Position numbers and translations under genes: made by a program. Positions 34,737-48,300 of a stretch of 64,000 nucleotides of DNA are shown here, one piece after another (positions within the stretch are counted from its first letter, which is position 1; each line of letters begins with the position of its first letter). The stretch is from Mobula hypostoma. Taxonomy: Eukaryota. The stretch covers positions 31,808,001 through 31,872,000 of the forward strand of contig NC_086097.1 in assembly GCF_963921235.1 (NCBI RefSeq), given 5' to 3'. The notes beneath the pieces were generated by a model. That model worked only from the letters and a program-made list of their open reading frames with translations, was not told the origin of the DNA and did no database searches.

Positions 34737-37256
34737 AAAACAGTTAAATAAATATTGCAAAAAAGTAATGAGGTTGTGTTCATTGATTCAATGCCCATTC
34801 AGAAATTGGATGGCAGAGGGGAAGAAGCTGATTCTGAATTGCTGAGTGTGTGCCTTCAGGCTTCTGTATCTCCTTCCTGATGGTAACAGTGAGAAGATGG
34901 TGTTGGGGATCCTTAATGATAGATGCCGCCTTTTTGAAAGCACCACTCCTTGAAAATATCTTGAAGACTATGGAGGCTAGTACCCATGATGGAGCTGAGT
35001 AATCTTATAACTCTCTGCAGCTTACTTCGACCGTGTACGTTCGCCCCACCTTCCCCCCATACCATATGGTGATGCAGCCAGTCAGAATGCTCTCCACAGC
35101 ACATCGGTAGAAACTTTAGAATGTGTTAGATGACATACAAAATCTTCTCAAACTCCTAATGAAATATAGCTGCTGTCTTGCCCTCTTTATAGCTGCTCAA
35201 TATGTTGGGACCAGGTTTGATCCTCAGAGAAATTAACAGCCAGGAACTTGAAATTGCTCACTCTCTCCACATTAATCCCTCTATGAGGATTGATTTGTGT
35301 TCCCTCATCATACCCTTTCTGAGGTTCACAATCAGCTCTTTTATCTGACTGACGTTAAGTGTAAGGTTGTTGCTGCGACACCACTCCTCTGGCTGGTATA
35401 TCTCGCTCCTGTACGTCCTCCCACCACCAACTGAAATTCTGCCAACAGTAGTTGTATCATCGGTGAATTTATAGGTGGCATTTGAGCTGCGTCTAGTCAT
35501 AGAGTTGTGGGTGTTGAGTGAGTATAGCCATGGGCTAAGCATGTATCCCCAAGGTGTGCCAGTGTTGGTTATCAGCGAGGAGGAGATGTTATTTATGATC
35601 CCGGTGGGGCGGGGGGGGGGGCGGGGTAATAAAGACACTGTCCACTCTATTTATGCCTCTCATAATCATCATAATCATATAAACTGCTTTCAGGTCTCTC
35701 CTCAGCCTCTGGTGCTGCGGAGGAAGATCACCTCATAATTCCTCACCTAGTCCAACGTCCCAAGCTCCTAACAGTTGTGGATCAGAGAACAGGAGGGAGA
35801 CAGCTCTTGGAACACCAGGCCCTGCTGACCGCAGTGTGATGTACAGCAGGCGTCCTGTTGGTTTGGTTAACATTGCGCAGGGCAGCAGGATATTAACCAG
35901 ACTCCTACTCCAGAATAACGCTTTGGCATTCTTTAATATCCATCTCAGATGGCAGATGGCATTCATGTCCCTTCCTGAAAGTGGTACATCCTGAAGCACG
36001 GTGTTACCTGTAATTCACAGCTGCTTTTCATTCTGTGGTTTCATTGTAGAGCAAAGGTGTATCCATGCCAGTAGAGTCATGCAGTGTAGAAACAGGCCCT
36101 CTGGTTCACAGGTCCACACCTCCCCAGATACCCATTTGTCCACAGTTGGCCCATATCCTTCTAAGCTCGGGCTTTTCTCTTTGGAGAAAAGGAAGGGTGA
36201 GAGGTGACTTGATGGAGATGTACAAGATGTTAAGAGGCATAGATAGAGTAGACAGCCAGAGACTTTTTCCCAGGGCAGAAATAGCTAATGAGAGTCATAA
36301 TTTTAAGATGATTGGGGGTTGTCAGAGGTAGTTTTTTTTTACCCAGAGTGGTGGGTGTGTAGAACACCCTGACAGGAGAGGTGGTACATTAGTAATATTT
36401 AAGAGGTTCTTAGATAAGCACATGGATGAAATAAAAATGGACGGCCACGTAGGTAGGAAGGGTTGGATTAACCTTGCAGCAGGTTAAATGGTCAGCACAA
36501 CATCATAGGTGGAAGTGCCTACACTGTGCTGTAGTTTTCGATGTTCTATGTAACTGGTACTACTTACCTGTCATCTCACAGCCCTTCCTCAGTCTACAAA
36601 TCACCTGGGAATTCTCTCCTGCCTGTTAATGCAAATGACCTATTTCACTGTATGTTTTGATGTATCACTGTAAATATGACAAATGAAGTCAATCTTTATC
36701 TATTATTTAAGGTAGTACTACATAAAAGCCAAAGAGACGGCATATAATAGAGCAAAAATTAGTGGGAAGTTAGGGGATTGGGAAGCTTGGAAAGACTAAC
36801 AGAAAGCAACTAAGAAAGTTATTAAGAAGGTAAAGATGGAATACAAAAGTAAGCTAGCCAATAATATTAAAGAGGATGCCAAAAGTTTCTTCAGATGAAT
36901 GAAGTGTAAAAGAGAGGTGAGAGAGGATATTGGACCACTGGAAAATGATGTGGAGAGGTTGTAATGGGGATACAAAATGGTGGAAGAACTGAGGAAGTAT
37001 TTTGTGTCAGACTTCACTGTGGAAGACACTAGCAGTGTGGTGGAAGTTCCAGGTGTCAGGGGTCATGAGTGTGTAAAGTTACCTTAACTAGAGAGAGGTT
37101 CTTGGGAAACTGAAAGGACTGAAGATAGATAAGTCACCTGGAACAGATGGTCTACACACCAGGGTTCTGAAAGAGGTGGCTGAAAAGATCTTGGAGAAAT
37201 TAATAATGATCTTTCAGGAATCACTAGATTCTGGAATGGTTTAGGAAGACTGGAAA

Positions 37257-37983
37257 AGTACATAGTAAATGGCAGGATACTTGGAAGTGTGGAAGAGCAG
37301 AGGGATCTGGGGGTACATGTCCACAGATCCCTGAAAGTTGCCTCACAGGTAGATAGGGTAGTTAAGAAAGCTTATGGGGTGTTAGCTTTCATAAGTCGAG
37401 GGATAGAGTTTAAGAGTCGCGATGTAATGATGCAGCTCTATAAAACTCTGGTTAGGCCACACTTGGAGTATTGTGTCCAGTTCTGGTCGCCTCACTATAG
37501 GAAGAATGTGGAAGCATTGGAAAGGGTACAGAGGAGATTTACCAGGATGCTGCCTGGTTTAGAGAGTATGGATTATGATCAGAGATTAAGGGAGCTAGGG
37601 CTTTACTCTTTGGAGAGAAGGAGGATGAGAGGAGACATGATAGAGGTGTACAAGATAATAAGAGGAATAGATAGAGTGGACAGCCAGTGCCTCTTCCCCA
37701 GGGCACCACTGCTCAATACAAGAGGACATGGCTTTAAAGTAAGGGGTGGGAAGTTCAAGGGGGATATTAGAGGAAGGTTTTTTACTCAGAGAGTGGTTGG
37801 TGCGTGGAATGCACTGCCTGAGTCAGTGGTGGAGGCAGATACACTAGTGAAATTTAAGAGCCTACTGGACAGGTATATGGAGGAATTTAAGGTGGGGGAT
37901 ATATGGGAGGCAGGGTTTAAGGGTCGGTACAACATCGTGGGCTGAAGGGCCTGTACTGTGCTGTACTGTTCTATGTTCTATGT
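37257..37983 (+). mobile_element. Young CR1 3' fragment nested in the older CR1
   Basis: Uninterrupted 218 aa ORF RDLGVHVH..LVRPHLEYCVQFWSP..FFTQRVVGAWNALP, with a (TGTTCTA)n tail. Confidence 0.9.
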
Positions 37984-38148
37984 AAAATTGCAAATTTTCA
38001 CTCTTCATGAAGGGAGAGAGGCAGAAGAAAGGAAATTATAGGCCAGTTAGTCTGACCTCAGTGGTTGGGAAGATGTTGGAGTCGATCGTTAAGGATGTGG
38101 TTTCCGGGTACTTGGAGGGACATGATAAAATAGGCCATAGCATGGTTT

Positions 38149-38895
38149 CATAGAACATAGATATTTACAACATTTTACAGACTTCGGCCCACATTGTTGT
38201 GCTGACCATGTAACCTTCTCTAGAAACTGCCTAGAATTTCCCTAACGCATAGCCCTCTATTTTTCTAAAGTCCATGTACCTACCTAAGAGGCTCTTAGAA
38301 GACCCTATTGTATCCGCTTCCACCACTGCCACCGGCAGTGCATTCCAAGCACTCACCACTCTGTGTGGAAAAACTTACCCCTGACATCCCCTCGGTACCT
38401 ATTTTCAAGCACCTTATAACTATGTCCCCCTTGTGTAAGCGAATTCAGCCCTAGGAAAAATGCCTCTATCTATCCACATGATCAATACCTCTCATCATCA
38501 TATACACCTCTATCAGGTCACCTCTCATCCTCCGTTGCCCCATGTAGAAAAGGCCAAGTTCACTCAACCTATTCTCATAAGGCACGCTCTCCACTCCAGG
38601 GACAACATCCTTGTAAATCTCCCACTCTCTCTATAGCATCCACATCCTTCCTGTAATGAGAGGTGACCAGAACTGAACATAGTACCCCAAGTGGGGCCTG
38701 ACCAAGGTCTTGTATAGCTGTAACATTACCTCATGGCTCTTGAACTCTATCCCACGATTGCTGAATGCAACACACCATACACCTTCTTAACAACACTGTC
38801 AACCTGCGCATCAGCTTTGAGTGTCCTATTGACACGGACCCCAAGATCTCTCAGATCCTCCACACTGCTAAGAATCTTACCATTTATATTATATT
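38149..38895 (-). mobile_element. CR1 3' fragment, antisense, nested
   Basis: Starts with a catagaacatag tail on +; same family as 31640-31982. Confidence 0.8.
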
Positions 38896-39782
38896 CATCA
38901 CAGGAAAATCTTGCATGAGAAGTCTGTTGGAATTCTTTGAGGAAATAACAAGCAGGATAGTGGAGGGAGTGTCATTCGATGTTGTGAACTTGGATTTTCT
39001 GAAGGTGTCACACATGAGGTTGTTTAACAAGCTACGAGCCCATGGTATTGCTGGAAAGATTCTAGCATGGATAGAGCATTGGCTGACTGACAGGAGACAA
39101 AGAGTGGGAATGAAGAGAGCCTTTTCTGCCTGGCTGCTGGTGACTCGTGGTGTTCCACAGGGGTCTGTGTTGGGACTGATTCTTTTCACGTTACATGTCA
39201 ATGATTTGGATGATGGAATTGATGGTTTTGTGGGTAGGTGGGTTTGAGGATATAGGGAGGCTACAGAAGGACTTGGACAGATGAGGAGAATGGACAAAGA
39301 AGTGACAGAATACAGTGTCAGGAAATGTACGGTCATGCGCTTCGGCAGAACAAGTGAAAGGGTTGACTATTTTCCAGATGGAGAGAGAAAAATCTGAGGC
39401 ACAAAGGGATTTGGAAGTCCTTGTGCAGGGTTTCCAAAAGTTTAATTTGTAGTTTGAGTCTCTGATAAGGAAGGCAAATGTGATGTTAGCATTCATTTCA
39501 AGAGGACTAGAATATAAAAGCAAGGATGTAATGTTAAGGGTGTAACGTTGCGACTTTATAAAGCACTGGTGAGGCCTCACGTGGAGTATTGTGTGCAGCT
39601 TTGGGCCCCTTATCTTAGAAATGATGTGCTGAAATTGGAGAGGGTTCAAAGGAGGTCACAAAAATGATTCCAGGATTGAACGGCTTGTGTTATAAAGAGC
39701 TTTGGATGGCTCTGGGCCTGTATTCACTTGAATTCAGAAGAATGAGGGGTGACCTCATTAAAACCTGTCAAGTGGTGAAAGG

Positions 39783-40076
39783 ACGCAAACAACAGGAATT
39801 CTGCAGATGCTGGAAATTCAAGCAACACACATCAAAGTTGCTGGTGAACGCAGCAGGCCAAGCAGCATCTATAGGAAGAGGCGCAGTCGACGTTTCAGGC
39901 CGAGACCCTTCGTCAGGACTAACTGAAGGAAGAGTGAGTAAGGGATTTGAAGACTTTTCAAATCCCTTACTCACTCTTCCTTCAGTTAGTCCTGACGAAG
40001 GGTCTCGGCCTGAAACGTCGACTGCGCCTCTTCCTATAGATGCTGCTTGGCCTGCTGCGTTCACCAGCAACTTTGA
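39783..40076. mobile_element. Palindromic Penelope-derived mini-element with two hammerhead motifs
   Basis: 120 bp inverted arms (39832-39951 and 39957-40076), a 5 nt spacer, and a 12 bp TSD agtggtgaaagg (39771-39782 and 40077-40088). Confidence 0.92.
39987..40024 (+). ncRNA. Minimal hammerhead ribozyme motif (mirror copy on minus at 39884-39921)
   Basis: tagtc-CTGACGA-agggtctcggcct-GAAA-C-GTC-gactg; predicted cleavage after C40019. Confidence 0.75.
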
Positions 40077-41254
40077 AGTGGTGAAAGGCCTTGATAGACT
40101 GGAAGTAGAGAGGATGTTTCCTATGGTGAGCGTGTCTAAGAGCAGATGACACAGCCTCAAAGTAGAGGGGAATCCTTTTAGAATGGAAATAAGGAACCAT
40201 TTCTTCAGCCTGGGAGTGGTGAATCTGTGGAATTAGTTGCCATAGGCAGCCATGGAAGCCAAGTCTTTATGTGTCATTAAAGCAGAGGTTGATAAATTCT
40301 TGATCAGTCAGGGCATGAAGGGATACAGGGATTGGGGCTGAGAGGAAAAGTGGATCAGCCATGATGAAATGGTGGAGTACACTCAATGGGCCAAGTGGCC
40401 GAATTCTGCTCCTATGTCTTGTGGTCTAAAGAGAAAAGTGACAACAGAATGGAGCATTCTAGAATACAGTGCAGGCAGGCAATAAGGTGCAAAGGTCAAA
40501 ATGAGTTAGATTGTGAGGTGAAGAGTCCATTTTTATTGTTCAAGAGTCTGATAACAGTGGGATAGAAGTTGTCCTTGAATCTGGTGCTATGTGTTTTCAG
40601 GCTTTTGTGTCTTCTGGTGGGAGAAGAGGGAAGAGAGGATGTCTGAGGTGGGTGGGGTCTTTAATTATGCTGGCTGCTTTACTGAAGCACTGAGGAGTGT
40701 AGACAGAGTCCATGGAAGGGAGAAGTGTTTCCGTGATCTGTCCACAACTCACTGCAGTTTCTTGTGGTCACGGGCAGAGAACAGTTGTCATTCCAAGCTG
40801 TTCTGCATCAAGATAGGATGTGTTTTGTGATGCCTCTGTTTAAAAACAAATTGGAGAAGGTCTAGGTCTGGCACACAGACTGTGGGCTGAATGGCCTCCT
40901 TACTTATCAGGAGAGCTGACTGTGCATTTTGAATGTGCCTGCATTAAAGCCCTGAGTGAACTTGGGAGCAGCTTCGGCTGTCTGGCATGTCCTGAGGATG
41001 AGCTGTAATGTGTTGTATAAATCCAGGGTCTGCCACAGCTGCCTCTCTTTAGTACAAACCATTCTCCCAGTGAGCTGGTCCACTACCCTGCAGCTAGTCT
41101 CTTCAGCACAGGCAATAATTTCATCAGTTCGAGCCGCGAGCGAGAACAACATGTACACACTGCTCAATAAATTCCGCAGCGAGTAGCCCGGTTCGAGTGC
41201 GCACACCTGCCCCGACCTCCCTCCTCCCCGCCTCTCCTTTATCACCAACGCAGG

Positions 41255-43055
41255 AGATTCTTCAAATACTGCAAATCCCAGAGCAGCACGCACAAAATGC
41301 TGGAGGAACTCAGCTGGTCAGGCAGTATCTATGGAGTGGAATGAGCAGTCCTCATTTTGGGTCGGGACCTTTCATCAGAACTGGAGAAGGAGAGTAGCTG
41401 GGGGGGTGGGGTGCTGAAGAAGGAGATTTCTCCCCCTCTCTTTTCACTCTTCTTCTATTCCCTGTTCACCCCTCCTTCTTTTCACTTGCCCATGGCCTCC
41501 CTCTGGTACCCCTCCTCCTTCCCTTTCTCCCACGGTCCATTGTCTCTCCAATCAGATTTCTCCTTCTTCAGCCCCTTACCCCTTCCACTTATCACCTCCG
41601 AGCTTCTTACTTCGTTGCCCCTTCCCCCTCACCTGGCCTCACCTATCATCTGCAACACACACAAAATGCTGGAGGAGCTCAGCAGGCCAGGCAGCATCTA
41701 TGGAAAAGAGTACAGTCGACGTTTCGGGCCGAGACCCTTCGGCAGGACTGGAGGAAAAAGGATGAGTGGGGGGAGGGGAGGGAGAAACATAAGGTGAAAA
41801 GGGTGGTCACTGGGAGATCCGGCTACCCCACCAGGGATAGGATTCCCCTTGTCCTCACCTACTACACCATCAGCCTTTGTGTGCAGCACATAATTCTCTG
41901 GCACTTCTGCCATCTCCAACAGGATCCCACCATGAAGCACGTCTTTCCCTTCTCCCCACTTTCTGCTTTCCATTGTATTGCTCCCCAGGTAACTCCCTTG
42001 TCCATTTATCCCTCCCCCTCCACACTGATCTCCCTCCTGGCACATCCTTGCAAGTGGAACAAGTGCCACACCTGCCCCTACACCTCCTCCCTCACTACCA
42101 TTCAGGGCCCCAAACAGTCCTTCCAGGTGAGGCGACACTTCACCTGTGAGGCTGTTGGGGTCATTTACTGTGTTCGGTGCTCCTGGTATGGCCTCCTCTA
42201 TATCGGTGAGACCCGGTATGGATTGGGAGACCGTTTCGCTGAGCACCTCTACACTCCATCCTCCAGAAGAAGTGGGATCCCCCAGTGGCCACACATTTTA
42301 ATTCCACTTCCCATTCCCATTCTGACATATCTATCCACGGCCTCCTCTACTGTAAAGATGAAGCCACACTCAGGTTGGAGGAACAACACCTTATATTCCG
42401 TCTGGGTAACCTCCAACCTGATGGCATGAACATCGACTTCTCTAACTTCTGTTGGTGCCCCACTTCACCATTCACCACCACCTTTTCCCCACCTCACCTT
42501 ATCTCTTTGCCTGCCCATCGCCTCCCTCTGGTGCTCCTCTCCCCCCCTTTTCTTTCTTTCATGGCCTTCTGTCCTCTCCCATTAGATTCCCTCTTCTCCA
42601 GCCCTGTATCTCTTTTGCCAACCAACTTCCCAGCTCTTTACTTCACCCCCCCTCCCGTTTTCACCTATCACCTTGTGTTCCTCCTTCCCCTCCCGCACCT
42701 TAAAATCTACTCCTCATCTTTTTTTCTCCAGTCCTGCTGAAGGGTCTCTGCTTAAAACATTGACTGTTTACTCTTGCTGCCCGTCCTGCTGAGTTCCTCC
42801 AGCATTTTGTGTGTGTTGCTTGGATTTCCAGCGTCTGCAGATTTTCTCCTCTTTGTGATTGACTCACCTATCACCTGCCAGATTTTACTCACCTCTCCCA
42901 CCGCCCCCCCACCTCCATCTACTTCTTATGGCTTCCTCCCCCTTCCTCTCCAGTCCTGATGATGAGTCCTTGGCTGGAAATATCGACTGCTTATTCCCCT
43001 CCATAGATGCTAACTGACTTGCTGAGTTGCTCCAGCATATTGTGTGTGTTGCTCT
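41255..43055 (+). mobile_element. Older Penelope terminal-repeat element (inverted 5' arm plus repeat) hosting a younger Penelope insertion
   Basis: Inverted arm about 41255-41430; the repeat body runs 41430-41653 and resumes at 42879-43055. Degenerate hammerhead motifs near 41345-41385 (-) and 42951-42990 (+). Confidence 0.7.
41654..42862 (+). mobile_element. 5'-truncated Penelope-like element (inverted repeat + GIY-YIG end + terminal repeat)
   Basis: CKWNKCHTCPYT..FTCEAVGVIYCVRCSWYGLLYIGETRYGLGDRFAEH..HFN..EEQHLIFRLG..PDGMNIDF, with a 16 bp TSD ctcacctatca(t/c)ctgc at 41638-41653 and 42863-42878. Confidence 0.9.
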
Positions 43056-45339
43056 CTCTGATCATCATCTACTAAATAACCAGGGCAAGAATCCTGCAGA
43101 TGTCAGAAAACTGAAACGGAGGCAGAAGAGTCCTAAATCCTCAGCAGGTCAGTCATTGTCTATGGAGAGGGAGTGTCTCAAGACGAGGCACAACATGCTG
43201 ATTAGGTTAAGATGTGGATTGGGAGGTCATGGTGTGGTTGTCCAGGACATTGGTGAGGTCACACGGAGTATTGTGTTCAGTGTTGGTCGCCCTGCTGTAG
43301 GAAAGAGATAATAAAGATAAGCTTTATCTGTCACATGTTCATCAAAACTCAGAGTGAAAATGCATCACTTACGTCAAATCAAATCAGCCAGGATGGTGCT
43401 GGGGGCAGCCTGCAAGTGTCACCATGCTTCCAGCACCAACACAGTGTACCCGCCACTCACTAACTCTAACTCGTGTGTCTTTGGAACGTGAGAAGAAATA
43501 GGAGCTCACAGTCACGGGCGAGCTTGCAAACTCCTTACAGACAGCAGCGGAATTGAATTCTGATCTTACAGCTGGTGCTGTGATAGTGTTACGCTGACCA
43601 CTACACTACTCCGTCACGCTTATTAAACTGAAAGGAGGGTGGAGAGAGAGTCACACCAATGATGCCAGCACTTGAGGGACTGAGTATAAGGAGAGGTTGG
43701 ATATGACGGGCCCTTATTCCCTAGATTGTAGCGGACTGAGGAGTACTCTTATGGAGCTAGAGCTTTTCCTTTTGCAGTGAAGGAGGATGGAAGTGACTTG
43801 ATGGATGTGTATAAGATGATGAGAGGCATAGAGCGAGTGGGTAGCCAGAGACTTCTCCCCAGGGTGGAAATAGCTATTACAAGGGGCATAATCATGAGGT
43901 AATTGGAGGAAAGTATAGAGGGGGATGTCAGATGCAGGTTTCTTTACACAGGGTGGAGAGTGTGTGGAACACATTGCCGGGGTGGTGGTAGAGGCAGATA
44001 CATCAGAGAGATTTAAGAGACTCTTAGATAGGCACGTGGATGAAATAAAAATGGAGGATTGTGAGAGGGAAGGGTTAGATTGATATTAGAGTAGGTTGAA
44101 AGGTCAACATTGAGGGCCAAAGGGCCGGTACTGTTCTATGTTCTGATTATATTAATTTTTTAATGTATCGCACTGTACTGCAGCCACAAAGCTGCAAATT
44201 TCATGACATATGTTAATAAACCTGCTTCTGATTACAGCACACAGGGAGCCTTTTAACCTATTGTGTTTGTTGCTGCTTCCTCACCCTGTGAGCTATTTAT
44301 GTTCAAGTTTTTGATCCAGTTCCACTGGGAGAGATGTGATTTAACAGTGTTTCAGTAACCCTTGGGCTGTGAGCTCAGGCCACCTCTTCTCTATTTGTAA
44401 AACGACTTTTCCTCGCGTAGGTGGAATCATTACTGGGAGAGATTTAAACTTTTGGGCAAATAGTTGAAGTAGGAATGTAGTGAGAAATGTTGTTGATCTT
44501 GCCGTTGGATTTCCATCTCCTTTCTAACATAAGGTCAAGTTTATTGTCATCTGCACAAGTCCACGTGTGTACAGGTGCAATGAAAAACTGACTTGAAGCA
44601 GCGTCACTGGTGCAGAGCATCAGATAATCAGCATTCATAAGAAACACACTATTTAAACACAAATTAATCACAATTCTTACAAGAAAGAACACATTCAGAA
44701 CAAAATAGTGGAGAGTGGACGTAGTGTTGCTGAACTGTGGTGTTTAGGGTTGTGCCAGTCAGTTCAAGAACCAAAATGTTGAAGGGAAATAGCTGTTCTT
44801 GAACCTGGTGGTGTGGGACTTCAGGCTTCTGTAACTCCTGCTCAATACTATCTGTGAGAAAATGCATTTCTTGAAGAAAGTGAGTTTTCAAAAATTATTG
44901 GGTGATCTTGATCGTTGGGAAAGTGTAGAGGGCATTGGAAATACTTTTTTTTTTACACAGAGTTGTGGGTGCATGGAACACCCTGCCAGGGATAGTGGTA
45001 GAGGCGAATGCATTAGGGGCATTTTAAAAACTCTTAGATAAGCATATGGATGGTAGGAAATTGGAGAACTATGTGGGAGGGAAGGGTTAGATGGATCTCG
45101 AACAGGTTATAAGGTCAACACAGCGTAGTGGGCCAAAGAGCCTGTACTTTGCTGTACTGTTCTATGTAGTTGGAAGGAACAGGTTTATGGTGAGCAGGGA
45201 AAGATATAAATGGGATCTAAGGAGCAATGTGTTCACACTGAGAATGGTGGCTATATGGTAGAGGTAAATGCAATAACATCTAAAAAGTCATTTGGATAAG
45301 TACTGACCTCTGACAATGCACTGAGGGCTGACTAACCTC

Positions 45340-48300
45340 TATCTTGCCAAGGCCAGGCGGCAACTCTCAGACACCTCCTCTTACTTACCCCTTGAAAATG
45401 ACCCCACTTCGGACCATCAGAAAATTGTCACTGACACCATCACTGACCTCATCATCTCTGGAGAACTCCCATCCACTGCCACCATACTCAGAATTCCCTT
45501 ATCCCACACTGCTCGTTTCTTCCTCCTACCCAAGGTGCACAAACCTGACTGTCCAGGTGGGCCCATCACCTCTGCCTGCTCCTGCCCCACTGAATTCGAG
45601 TCCGCAAACCTTGACTCTATTCTAACTCCCTCGGGGTTCTGTCCCTTCCCATTGTCTGTGACACTTCACGTGTTCTTGATCACTTCATCGACTTTCAATT
45701 CCCTAGCCCTAAATGCACATTTTCACCATGGATGTCCAGTCCCTATACCCTTCTATCCTTCATCAAGAAAGCCTTAACGTGCTCAGTTTCTTTCTCAACA
45801 AAAGACCCAGGCAGTTCCCCTCCAAAACCATCCTCCTCAGTCTGGCAGAATGATCCTCACCTTCAACAGTTTCTCTTTCAGCTCCTTCCACATTCTCCAA
45901 ACTTGAGGGGTTTCCATGGGCCTCAGTTACAACTGCCTTTTTAATAGCTACAAGAACAGTCAATGTTCCACACCTTCTCTGGTAATACTCCCCCACTCTT
46001 CCTCTGCTCATTGACAACTGCATTGGTGCTGCTTCATGCACCCATGCTGAGTTCATCAATTTCACCAACTTTGCCTCCAACTTCCACCTTGCCCTTAAAT
46101 TCACTTGGTCTATTTCTGACCATTCTTGATCTCTCTTATCTCTGGAGACAAGCTGTGTACTGGCATATTCTATAAACCTACCCATTCCCAAGGATATCTT
46201 GACGATACCTCTCCCCACCCTGTTTCTGTAAAAGTGCTATTTTCTTTTCTCAGTTCCTTCGTCTCTGTCTCATCTGTTCCTAGGATAAGGTTTTCCTTAC
46301 AGGACATCAAAGGTGTCTTCATTCTTCAAAGACCAGGGTTTCCCTTCCTCCACCATTGATGCTGCCCTCACCTGCATCTCCTCCATTTTCCAGACATCTG
46401 CCCTCCTCCTATCTTCCCACGGCTTTAACAGGGATAGAGTTCCTCTTGTCCCCACCCAGGTGCAGGATCAGTTCGTTCCAAAGAGGAAGAAAGATCCTAA
46501 GGGGAGTAAGGGGAGGCCGTGGCTGACAAGGGAAGTAATGGACAGTATAAAAATAAAAGAGAAGAAGTATAACATAGCAAAGACGAGTGGGAAGCCGGAG
46601 GATTGGGAAACTTTTAAAGAGCAACAGAAGGTAACTAAAAAGGCAATACGTGGAGAAAAAATGAGGTACAAAGGTAAACTAGCCAAGAATATAAAGGAGG
46701 ATAGTAAAAGCTTCTTTAGGTATGTGAAAAGGAAAAAAATAGTTAAGACCAAAATTGGGCCCTTGAAGACACAAGCGGGTGAATTTATTATGGGGAACAA
46801 GGAAATGGCAGACGAGTTGAACAGGTACTTTGGATCTGTCTTCACTAGGGAAGACACAAACAATCTCCCAGATGTAATAGTGGCCAAAGGACCTAGGGTA
46901 ATGGATGAATTGAAGGAAATTTATATTAGGCAGGAAATGGTGTTGGATAGACTGTTGGGTCTGAAGGCTGATAAGTCCCCGGGACCTGATGGTCTGCATC
47001 CCAGGGTACTTAAGGAGGTGGCTTTAGAAATCGTGGATGCATTGGTAATCATTTTCCAAAGTTCTATAGATTCAGGATCAGTTCCTGTGGATTGGAGGGT
47101 GGCTAATGTTGTCCCTCTCTTCAAGAAGGGAGGAAGAGAGAAAACAGGGAATTATAGACCGGTTAGCCTGACGTTGGTGGTGAGAAAGATGCTGGAGTCA
47201 ATTATAAAAGATGAAATTACGACACATCTGGATAGCAGTAACAGGATCGGTCCGAGTCAGCAGGATTTACGAAGGGGAAATCATGCTTGACTAATCTTCT
47301 GGAATTTTTTGAGGATGTAACTATGAAAATGGACAAGGGAGAGCCAGTGGATGTAGTGTACCTGGACTTTCAGAAAGCCTTTGATAAAGTCCCACATAGG
47401 AGATTAGTGGGCAAAATTAGGGCATATGGTATCGGGGAAAGAGTACTGACATGTTTTGAAAATTGGCTGGCTGACAGAAAACAAAGAGTAGTGATTAACG
47501 GGTCCCTTTTGGAATGGCAGGCGGTGACCTGTGGGGTACCGCAGGGTTCAGTGCTGGGACCGCAGCTATTTACAATATATGTTAATGATTTAGTTGAGGG
47601 AATTAAAAGTAACATTAGCAAATTTGCCGATGACGCAAAGCTGGGTGGCAGTGTGAACTGTGAGGAGGATGTTATGAGAATGCAGGGTGACTTGGACAGG
47701 CTGGGTGAGTGGGCAGATGCATGGCAGATGCAGTTTAATGTGGATAAATGTGAGGTTATCCACTTTGATGGTAAGAACGGGAAGGCAGATTATTATCTAA
47801 ATGTAGTCAAGTTAGGAAAAGGGGAAGTACAACGAGATCTAGGTGTTCTTGTACATCAGTCACTGAAAGCAAGCATGCAAGTACAGCAGGCAGTGAAGAA
47901 AGCTAATGACATGCTGGCCTTCATAACAAGGGAAATTGAGTATAAGAGCAAAGAGGTCCTTCTGCAGCTGTACAGGGCCCTGGTGAGACCACACCTGGAG
48001 TACTGTGTGCAGTTTTGGTCTCCAAATTTGAGGAAGGACATTCTTGCTATTGAGGGAGTGCAGCGTAGGTTCACAAGGTTAATTCCCGGGATGGCGGGAC
48101 TGTCGTATGTCGAAAGGTTGGAGCGACTGGGCTTGTATACTCTGGAATTTAGAAGGCTGAGAGGGGATCTTATTGAAACATATAAGATTATTAAGGGATT
48201 GGACACGCTGGAGGCAGGAAGCATGTTCCCGCTGATGGGTGAGTCCAGAACCAGAGGCCACAGTTTAAGAAGAAAGGGTAGGCCATTTAGAACGGAGTTG

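Larger units (their letters stand above)
33295..35600 (-). mobile_element. Rex1/Babar-type LINE fragment hosting nested SINE and Tc1 insertions
   Basis: Degenerate RT: NTGTPWGYMLSPWLYSLNTH..KFTDDTTTVGRI..WCRSNNLTLNVS (ORF 35258..35638). The 3' UTR is split at a TA-rich microsatellite; an uninterrupted paralog lies at about 50362-50645. Confidence 0.85.
36710..40428 (+). mobile_element. Old decayed CR1 ORF2 with three nested insertions
   Basis: Fragments [27 protein letters not shown] and the CR1 3' UTR, broken by insertions at 37257-37983, 38149-38895 and 39783-40076. Confidence 0.85.

Noticed and set aside
39768..40160. Same peptide (SKLLVNAAGQAASIGRG..) on both strands and again at 53-54 kb
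   Set aside because: A consequence of inverted non-coding Penelope repeats, not a protein family.
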